Source of the DNA: Polyangiales bacterium
Lineage (GTDB): Bacteria > Myxococcota_A > Polyangia > Polyangiales > Polyangiaceae
Direction of reading: 5' to 3'
Assembly: GCA_038230375.1 (NCBI GenBank)
Contig: JBBRNJ010000053.1
Location: 1 to 64,000, forward strand
Length of the DNA stretch: 64,000 nt
The position numbers and the translations under genes were made by a program. Below are positions 11,301 through 17,418 of this stretch, one piece after another. The stretch's first letter is position 1; each line of letters opens with the position of its first letter. The notes under the pieces are model-generated. The model ran no database searches. It had not been told where the DNA came from and worked only from the letters and a program-made list of their open reading frames with translations.

Positions 11301-11789
11301 GTCCGCCTCCGCGACAGCGTTGGCTTGCGCGTGCTCGATCAGCTTGTGTCGAGCCGCGGCCAGGAGCTGCACGTGCTCCAGCTCGTCTCCGCGGGGGGCG
11401 AGGACGGTGAGGTCATCGACCGTGGCGATGCGGGGACCGTGCTCGATGCCGAGGCCATCCAGAGCTACCGTCGCCGGCTGCTCGACCTTCGTGAAGAGCT
11501 CGAGGAAGCGGAGGGATTCGCCGACGTGAGCCGCGCCGATCGCGCGCGGACCGAGATCGATTTCCTGACGCAGCAGCTGGCGAGCGCCGTAGGGCTCGGC
11601 GGACGGGATCGCCGCGTCGGAGGTGCAGCGGAGAGGGCCCGAACGACCGTGCAGAAGCGACTACGCAACGCCATCCGCCGCATCGAAGAGGAGCTCCCGG
11701 AGCTCGCGACGCATCTCGACCAGACCATTCGCACCGGCACGTTCTGCGGCTATCTACCCGACGGCCGCGCGCGCAGCCGCCGGCCCTGA
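8364..11789 (+). CDS. Large AAA/STAND-type ATPase transcriptional regulator with TPR-like region
   Basis: Walker A GEPGIGKT, Walker B VVLDDLH, GNPLFL, helical repeats, conserved-looking C-terminal 'ERARTTV...IRTGTFCGY' domain. Confidence 0.85.
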   Translation: MAQCAVTTGGERKSDGTPPQVRAARTIWLGRGREMTELQAGLEDLHAAGRGGLFLITGEPGIGKTRLADEFGRLASGRGVAVHWGRAWEVGGAPSYWPFIQVLQSICRGLDTEGVLGLVGAHGPELAELLPDLRHRLPSLATTGAESATTDRFQLFQAVNALLHAAAAKAPQLVVLDDLHAADPSSLLLLHFLVRDLRSRSLLVIGTYRESEAALAQEVGQTLARIAREACVLPLRRLDRDEVADFVVQATGAAFSSDRVAAIHQRSEGNPLFLRELLQLRSLGREDDGARQPEGIREVVRARLSLLTPAVRKVLEVAAVIGREFRLDALAAMTKTTELLDLDGLLTPAVVAGIIEPLEQHPPTWRFTHVLLREGLYEDLATAQRAALHHAAALELQRRRSERDGDSEPVLAELAHHLLRAIPLVPRGEAADAALRAAERAIALLAFEDAGKLLARTGQLLDGVEGEEVRLCEVLLLLGVARIRAGDVKSGKETCRRAADLARHARNGELFARAVLGSACEFTPDIRDLTLIALLEEALEMLPPHDGALRARCMAQLAAESQPMPDTSGPVELARAAVAMARRLGDSDTLRFALAQAGLAMLPYGPPAERLMLDQECLRLAHAAGDTVVAIRAHLLIESDYRELGNPASADAHLGAYKALLQLRHGAFSWMEGMLDAMAALIDGRFDEAERCYREASEIAHKDESKAIEMSAFPVGFHRAAERYDDLPATESRLRAALCTSGDELRSCVGEMLLAQLHARAGDRTRAAAQLAAVRAQRVFKEIKEGAWLVLLVDACHLLGDVELAEELYAALLPRASQFYFLGPLGGYVEPPYGRQLGLLAETVGRLDVAVDHLSDAEAKTTQANLRAHLARVRYELAGVLLLRNKNGDRDRALGLLDHARTLAVELGQVSLLPLLDERRAVVAALTHTNTETPANTANTANTANTANSANSANAAAPEARFAMRREGDTWEIAWQGRAVRLRDSVGLRVLDQLVSSRGQELHVLQLVSAGGEDGEVIDRGDAGTVLDAEAIQSYRRRLLDLREELEEAEGFADVSRADRARTEIDFLTQQLASAVGLGGRDRRVGGAAERARTTVQKRLRNAIRRIEEELPELATHLDQTIRTGTFCGYLPDGRARSRRP
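11166..11228 (+). repeat. In-frame 9-bp tandem repeat, 7 units (GCGAACACC x4, GCGAACAGC x2, GCGAACGCA)
   Basis: Read directly; encodes the ANTANTANTANTANSANSANA linker. Confidence 0.95.
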
Positions 11790-11806
11790 GAGGCGAGCGA
11801 GAGTCA

Positions 11807-11947
11807 ATGGCGCGCGTGGCGGCAGGCGTCGGTTGCGGCGACCCGATGCAGTCCGACCACGAGCACGTGCGGTGCGAGAAGTGCGGCGAGTACCTTGACG
11901 AGTTCATCCACATGCTCGTGGAGCTACATCCTCACTCACACCGATAG
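11807..11947 (+). pseudogene. Short ORF or gene remnant with CxxC/His motif
   Basis: 46 aa MARVAAGVGCGDPMQSDHEHVRCEKCGEYLDEFIHMLVELHPHSHR; looks protein-like but very short. Confidence 0.3.
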
Positions 11948-12036
11948 GCGGCGCTCTGGCGTTGTCGCTTTGGCGGGCACGAACGAAGAAGCGTTCCGTC
12001 GCCGCCAGAACGCACAGCATGGTCCCATCCCGTCCA

Positions 12037-12053
12037 AATTCCAGACTGGAATT
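12037..12053. promoter_or_regulatory. Perfect AT-rich inverted repeat, possible operator
   Basis: AATTCCAG-A-CTGGAATT, ending about 57 bp upstream of ATG 12111. Confidence 0.45.
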
Positions 12054-12110
12054 CACAGAACGCCGTAAAAATGGCTTCTTCCTTGCGCGGCCTCCCGTAT
12101 GCTCCGGTGC

Positions 12111-12827
12111 ATGGGGACCAAGAAGAAGACCGCGTCGTCTCGGCCGCGCTCGACCGCGCTCATGCGCGCAGAACGTCACACGCCCGCAGTGAATCTCTCT
12201 GGCGCGGATACGAAGCTCCTGCAACGCGCGCTCGCGGAGGGGCAGGATCTGGCCAACGCGCTCGAGGCCGCGGTGCTGCGCTTTGGTCGCTGGCTCGTCG
12301 TCGAGGTCTTCAGTGGTGACGCGGCAGCCGCCATGGACGACCGCAGTCAGAATCCGGTGTGGCTCGAGCTCACGCGGCGCGCGGGCGGACCCACGCTGCC
12401 CATCAGCCGCCGCATGCTCTATGTGGCCGTCGCCATCGCGGCGAACGATCACCGGATCACAGACCAGGCGTGGCAGCGGCTCGACGTCCAGCGGAAGCAA
12501 ATCCTGCTGCCGCTCCGCGAGCCCGCGGCCCTCCGCCAGGCGGCGCAGCAGGTGTCGAAATGGAACCTCACGCAGCAACAGACCCAGCAGCTCGTGACCA
12601 CCGAGCTGGGCCGCCGCGGCAAGTCACGTCAGGTGCGACTCACACGCGCGGGCCTCCTCTCGCGCGTGCGCAGGGTCAGCCAGTCACTCACGGGCGAGAA
12701 GTTTCCGCAGCGCATGGAGGAGCTCGCGGCGCGCATGACGCCAGTGCAGCGCACCGAGCTGCTCCGAGAAGTGGAGCGCTCGCTGGCCGCGCTGGATCAA
12801 GTGAAGAAGCGCCTCGCCATCCGCTGA
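12111..12827 (+). CDS. Hypothetical basic helical protein, possibly DNA-binding (remote DUF1016 N-terminal-like)
   Basis: Open GC3-biased frame, Arg/Lys-rich, all-helical pattern; the family call is tentative. Confidence 0.6.
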   Translation: MGTKKKTASSRPRSTALMRAERHTPAVNLSGADTKLLQRALAEGQDLANALEAAVLRFGRWLVVEVFSGDAAAAMDDRSQNPVWLELTRRAGGPTLPISRRMLYVAVAIAANDHRITDQAWQRLDVQRKQILLPLREPAALRQAAQQVSKWNLTQQQTQQLVTTELGRRGKSRQVRLTRAGLLSRVRRVSQSLTGEKFPQRMEELAARMTPVQRTELLREVERSLAALDQVKKRLAIR

Positions 12828-13108
12828 CGGCCCGCGAGCCTGGTCGTTGTCCAAACGCCGTTCTCACAGCGGCCGACGGCGTCCACCGGGTCGACGCACG
12901 GGCAGTCATACGAATAGATCGCGAACTCGGCGGGAAGCGCGGAGCCGTCCGTGACGACATCGTCGACGGTGCTGTCTGGACGACGCTCGCCCTGCGTCCA
13001 GACGAACAGCAGGCACGGACCATCCTTTCCCTGCCAGCATCGAAGGGGGCCGCCGCACACGGGACAGGCGAGCGCGGGTACCGGAACGAACGTGTCGAAC
13101 ATGCCCAC
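12797..13108 (-). CDS. Small hypothetical protein with CxxC (Zn-ribbon-like)
   Basis: MGMFDTF...CPVCGGPLRCWQGKDGPCLLFVW; GTG 13108 or ATG 13102. Confidence 0.65.
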   Translation of the reverse strand: MGMFDTFVPVPALACPVCGGPLRCWQGKDGPCLLFVWTQGERRPDSTVDDVVTDGSALPAEFAIYSYDCPCVDPVDAVGRCENGVWTTTRLAGRQRMARRFFT

Positions 13109-13198
13109 GAGCGAAGTCTGCCGCACACGGGCGCAACATCCAACCCCCTGCGTCCAAACGCGCAAGAACCACGAACCTGACCGTCAAGCGGTGTGAGA

Positions 13199-13275
13199 TG
13201 GTCGGGGAGGCGGGATTTGAACCCGCGACGACGAGCACCCAAAGCTCGTGCACTACCGGACTGTGCGACTCCCCG
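13199..13275 (-). tRNA. tRNA-Pro (anticodon UGG)
   Basis: Cloverleaf: CGGGGAG/CTCCCCG acceptor, GCAC/GTGC D-stem, CGAGC-TTTGGGT-GCTCG anticodon arm, GCGGG-TTCAAAT-CCCGC T-arm, A73, encoded CCA. Confidence 0.97.
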
Positions 13276-13341
13276 GAAGGTTCCCTTCTAGCGCACGCAG
13301 TGAGGCGCGCGCAATGCCGCGCTTGATGGTTTCGCCGACCG

Positions 13342-13875
13342 CTAGGACGCGGTGCCGCGTAGGCGTCCGAGCGCTCGTTCGTAGCCTTCGAACGTGCTGT
13401 CGTCGAAGAGCACGAAGCGCGCGAAGACGATCGCTGGCGTCGCTAGCAGCTCATCGTGCACCGTCTCGAGCGCGATCGGAGCGGCCTCGGAGACGGGGTA
13501 GCCGAAGGCTCCGGTGCTCAGTGACGGGAACGCGATCGAGCGCACGCCGTTCTTCGCGGCCAACCGCATCGACTCGCGATACGCGGATGCCAGACGTCCT
13601 GCGTCCTGCGCCTTGCCTCGATACACGGGGCCGACCGCGTGAATCACGTGCTTCGCGACGAGCCCATATCCCTTCGTGATGCGCGCGGACCCGACGGCGC
13701 AGCCACCGATCGCGGTGCACTCGCGCTGGAGCTCGCTGCCGGCTGCATCGTGAATGGCCCCGTCCACGCCTCCACCCGCCATGAGCCTGGTGTTCGCCGC
13801 GTTGACGATCGCGTCCGTGTCCTGCTCGACGATGTCGCCCAGCACCAGCAAAATGCGTGACCACGCCGTTCCCAT
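13342..13875 (-). CDS. ymdB: Macro domain O-acetyl-ADP-ribose deacetylase (YmdB-like)
   Basis: GDI, DAIVNAAN, GGGVDGAIH, VIHAVGP, AFPSLSTGAFGYP. Confidence 0.92.
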   Translation of the reverse strand: MGTAWSRILLVLGDIVEQDTDAIVNAANTRLMAGGGVDGAIHDAAGSELQRECTAIGGCAVGSARITKGYGLVAKHVIHAVGPVYRGKAQDAGRLASAYRESMRLAAKNGVRSIAFPSLSTGAFGYPVSEAAPIALETVHDELLATPAIVFARFVLFDDSTFEGYERALGRLRGTAS

Positions 13876-13917
13876 ATGCGTGAATCTACCCCACGCCCCT
13901 GCACGCGGGAGTGCTCG

Positions 13918-14166
13918 TCACACGAACGGGTCGCCACCTGGGAACTTCCCGGCGTCGCGGAGGCGCATCACTCCCGCACGCACTGCGCCCGCTCCGAGCA
14001 ACACGTCGGCGACCACGAAGATTTCGAACGTGTCTTTCTTGATGATGCCCATCTTCATGAGCGCGTAGGGCACCGCGATGCTGCAGCCGATGAACACCGC
14101 AGCTCCGATGAGCAGCGTCTTGCCCCGCTGCTGTCGCTTGATCAGGTACGCCTCGAAATCGTCCAT
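13918..14166 (-). CDS. Small two-TM membrane protein
   Basis: MDDFEAYLIKRQQRGK followed by two hydrophobic segments. Confidence 0.6.
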   Translation of the reverse strand: MDDFEAYLIKRQQRGKTLLIGAAVFIGCSIAVPYALMKMGIIKKDTFEIFVVADVLLGAGAVRAGVMRLRDAGKFPGGDPFV

Positions 14167-14245
14167 CAGGCGCGTGACTCTACATCGCGGAGCGCCGGGG
14201 CTCCACCGGCAGATCGGGAGATGAATCGGGTGGTACGCTCTTCTC

Positions 14246-15490
14246 GTGCACGCGAAGTCCTCGGCGACACTGCCCGGCATCCTGCTCGCTGTCGCTGCGG
14301 CGGCGCTTGCTTCGTGCACACGCTCCCCACCGCAGGCGTCGCCCGAGCCCACTGTCGCCAGCGCGGCTCCTCCCGCGCTTGCGCCCGCTCCCGCTCCCGC
14401 TGTTGCTTCGTCCGACGTCACTGCTCCGCCCGCGAGCGTCGTCGCGCGGTTTCATCTGTCGCCTTTCTACACGCAGTACGTGGACGCGGACACGCTGCCC
14501 ATTGTCGGCTCCGCTCGTGTGTCTCCGTTCGCGATCGTGGAGGCTCGCTTCCTGGTGCGGAAGATGATCGGTGCGCGACCGGGGATCCTTCATGCGATGG
14601 CGAAGAACAACGTGCGCCTTGCCGTGATGGCGGCCACGGAGATGACCACCGACATTCCGGAGCACAGCGATCTCACGCCGAAGACTTATTGGGACCGGCG
14701 GGCGCGTGGCCTTGGGGCGACCGAAGCGCGTCCCGCGGTCAGCGCGGCGGAGGAGAATCTGCTCGATTTGCCGGGTGATCCGTACAGGGCCGAGAACATC
14801 CTCATCCACGAGTTTGCCCATGCGATCCACGAGCGCGGGATGGTCACGGTCGATCCTTCGTTCGATTCGCGCCTTGTCGCCGCATACGAGCACGCGCGCG
14901 CGAAGGGCCTCTGGGCGAACACCTACGCCGCCACCAATCGCATGGAGTACTGGGCCGAGGCGACGCAGTCCTGGTTCGGCTGCAATCGCGCGAACGACAA
15001 GGAGCACGGACCCATCGACACGCGCGACAAACTCGTCCCCTACGATCCGGAGATCGCCGTGCTCCTGCGCGAGGTCTTTGGCGACGGGCCGTGGCGCTAC
15101 AAGAAGCCGGCGGCGCGACCGCCCGAGGAGCGCGCGCATCTCACCGGCTTCGACGTCACGAAGGCCGGGCGGTTCGCATGGCCCGCATCTGCGCCGCCGC
15201 TCTCCAATCAGGGTCGTGCGCTTGCGTGGCTCCCGAGCAACGCGGTTCCGCGCGTGTCGCCGGCGAGCACCGCGCCTACGTCCATCCAGTTCGAGAACCA
15301 TCGCAGCGCCGACGTCACCATCGCGTGGCTCGGGTTCGACGGTCAGCGAAAGACCTATGCGACCGTTCGCCCTGGCGGAACGGCCGTGCAACAGACATTT
15401 GCGGGCCACGTGTGGTTCGTGTCCGAGGCGAGCGGCACGCTGGGCGCGGTCGCGGCGATCGACACGCCAGGGCTCGTGGAGATTCGATAG
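14246..15490 (+). CDS. Lipoprotein: HExxH zinc metallopeptidase-like domain plus C-terminal VHL-beta-like domain
   Basis: ALASC lipobox, RARGLG, ILIHEFAHAIH, YAATNRMEYWAE; C-terminal IQFEN..WLGFDG..Y..QQTFAGHVW. Confidence 0.8.
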   Translation: MHAKSSATLPGILLAVAAAALASCTRSPPQASPEPTVASAAPPALAPAPAPAVASSDVTAPPASVVARFHLSPFYTQYVDADTLPIVGSARVSPFAIVEARFLVRKMIGARPGILHAMAKNNVRLAVMAATEMTTDIPEHSDLTPKTYWDRRARGLGATEARPAVSAAEENLLDLPGDPYRAENILIHEFAHAIHERGMVTVDPSFDSRLVAAYEHARAKGLWANTYAATNRMEYWAEATQSWFGCNRANDKEHGPIDTRDKLVPYDPEIAVLLREVFGDGPWRYKKPAARPPEERAHLTGFDVTKAGRFAWPASAPPLSNQGRALAWLPSNAVPRVSPASTAPTSIQFENHRSADVTIAWLGFDGQRKTYATVRPGGTAVQQTFAGHVWFVSEASGTLGAVAAIDTPGLVEIR

Positions 15491-15501
15491 ACTCAGGCGC
15501 G

Positions 15502-16458
15502 ATGCACGCGCTTCTCTGGAACGGCACCACGGCCACCGTGATCTCGCGCGACGAGCCATCCCTTGCGCCCGGTCGCGCGCTCGTTCGCATGACGCGCGCG
15601 GGGATCTGCAACACGGACCTGGAGATCGCGAAGGGCTACATGTCCTTTCGCGGCGTGCTCGGTCACGAGCTCGTGGGCGTGGTCGTGGAAGGCCCGGACG
15701 TATGGCGTGGCCGGCGCGTCGTCGTCGAGATCAACTTCGCGTGCGGCGCGTGCGCGATGTGCGAACAGGGTCTTCGTCGCCACTGCCCGACGCGCACGGT
15801 GATGGGCATCCTTGGCGCGGACGGCGCGTTCTCGGAGATCGTCAGCGTCCCCGTCGCAAACCTCCACGCCGTACCGGACAGCATCGACGATGATCACGCC
15901 GTGTTCGCCGAGCCGCTCGCCGCCGCGTTCGAGGTGCTCGACCAGGTCGCGATCGCCAAGGGAATGAGCTGCGTCGTGCTCGGCGATGGAAAGCTCGGCC
16001 TCTTGGTGGCGCAGGTACTGGCGCGCACGGGTGCGGACGTCCTTCTTGTCGGCAAGCACGAGGAGAAGCTCGCGCTACTTCGTTCGCGCGGTGTTCGCAC
16101 GGCGCTGTTCGATGCGTGGCTGCCAGAGAAGGAGCGCGCGGACGTGGTCGTGGAGGCCACTGGCTCCGCGCGCGGGTTTGCCGCCGCCATCAGCGCGACG
16201 CGGCCCCGAGGAACGCTCGTCCAGAAGAGCACCGTCGCGGGCGCACTGAAGCTCGATCTCGCGCCGATCGTGATCAACGAGCTCTCGGTGATCGGCTCGC
16301 GCTGCGGGCGCTTCGAGCCCGCGATCGCCGCGCTGGGCGCAGGCGACATAGACGTGACGCCGCTCATCAGCGCGCGCTTTCCGCTCGCGCGGGCCGACGA
16401 AGCCCTCGCGCGCGCAGCGTCCGCAGGCACGCTGAAGGTATTGCTGGAGAACGCCTAG
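15502..16458 (+). CDS. Zn-dependent alcohol dehydrogenase (MDR family)
   Basis: GICNTD, GHE, CGACAMC..HC structural zinc site, GDGKLG. Confidence 0.9.
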   Translation: MHALLWNGTTATVISRDEPSLAPGRALVRMTRAGICNTDLEIAKGYMSFRGVLGHELVGVVVEGPDVWRGRRVVVEINFACGACAMCEQGLRRHCPTRTVMGILGADGAFSEIVSVPVANLHAVPDSIDDDHAVFAEPLAAAFEVLDQVAIAKGMSCVVLGDGKLGLLVAQVLARTGADVLLVGKHEEKLALLRSRGVRTALFDAWLPEKERADVVVEATGSARGFAAAISATRPRGTLVQKSTVAGALKLDLAPIVINELSVIGSRCGRFEPAIAALGAGDIDVTPLISARFPLARADEALARAASAGTLKVLLENA

Positions 16459-16464
16459 GCGCGC

Positions 16465-17148
16465 CTAGCCGGGCGCGCCGAGCCGGGCAGACACGTCGTG
16501 AAGCGAGAGGCTGGCGCCGCAGCCGACGCATTTCCCATCGCCGGAGTAGATGCCTCCGTCACCATCCGTCCAGTTGACCCGATGCTCACCGCAGAACGGG
16601 CACACCGGACCAGCATCGGGATAGTCCGAGACCGATTGCCACCGTTCATGCTTCATTTCAGCGGCAAGCGTGATCGGTCGGCTCACGGGCAACGAGTAGT
16701 CGCTCTTCGTGACGCCAGCGATCGCTACCAGGAGCTGCTCTGGCGAGTCGACCTCCGCGCGCAGGCATCGAAGCGCGAGGCGCAGCTCGGCGACGACCGT
16801 CCCGCGACCGGTCCGCTGCTCAGAGTCCTTGGTCGCGCGCATCTCCCAGCCGGACACGAAAGGCTCGGTGCGCGCGAAGCGCTCCAGGATCTGCGCGACT
16901 GCCCCGTCACCACCGCGCGTGAACATCAGCCACCGATCGCCGCCCACGCGCGAGACGCACGCGTCGGGTGGTGTCAGATCGCGGAACAGCTGCTCGAGCA
17001 TCGCGATGACCGTGTCGCCCTCCGTATGCCCGAGGTGCGCGTTGCGTCGCTTGAAGTCGGCGATGTTGAAGCTGTAGAGGACGCCGGGGAGGAGCGCGCT
17101 TGCACGCTCGACGAACGCGTCCATCCGGTTCGGGGTCACGAGGGCCAT
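16465..17148 (-). CDS. Degenerate GGDEF-like domain with C-terminal Zn ribbon
   Basis: NIADFKRRNAHLGHTEGD..RVGGDRW; CPFCG...CVGCG. Confidence 0.7.
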   Translation of the reverse strand: MALVTPNRMDAFVERASALLPGVLYSFNIADFKRRNAHLGHTEGDTVIAMLEQLFRDLTPPDACVSRVGGDRWLMFTRGGDGAVAQILERFARTEPFVSGWEMRATKDSEQRTGRGTVVAELRLALRCLRAEVDSPEQLLVAIAGVTKSDYSLPVSRPITLAAEMKHERWQSVSDYPDAGPVCPFCGEHRVNWTDGDGGIYSGDGKCVGCGASLSLHDVSARLGAPG

Positions 17149-17198
17149 GCGCGATGCTTGATGATGTCACGCGCCCGCGGCCAGCGCTCGGGGTTTGC

Positions 17199-17366
17199 TC
17201 AGGAGAGCGCGCGAGCCGTCATCGGCGCATCCGGCCCGGTCTCGCGCGGCGTGGTGAGCGCCACGCGACGGAGATCGTCCATGATGCGCGCATACTCCAC
17301 GTGGTCCACGGTATCGAGCGGCTCGGTACCAGCCGGAAGGAGCAGCGCAGTGGGCCTGGGGAACAT
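17199..17366 (-). CDS. Small hypothetical protein (55 aa)
   Basis: G-rich SD-like run before ATG 17366; fills the gap between co-oriented genes. Confidence 0.35.
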   Translation of the reverse strand: MFPRPTALLLPAGTEPLDTVDHVEYARIMDDLRRVALTTPRETGPDAPMTARALS

Positions 17367-17418
17367 CACTCCCCCCTGAACGGCACTTGTCGCGCTTCCT
17401 TGAGTGGCGCGAACGACA

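Noticed and set aside
1..13275. Integrative element anchored at tRNA-Pro
   Set aside because: No integrase, and I could not see a duplicated tRNA 3' end by eye; a partner att site outside the window cannot be excluded
13342..13875. Macro-domain gene as part of the RING/TROVE-like RNA system
   Set aside because: About 3.5 kb away, separated by oppositely oriented unrelated genes; it looks like an ordinary YmdB
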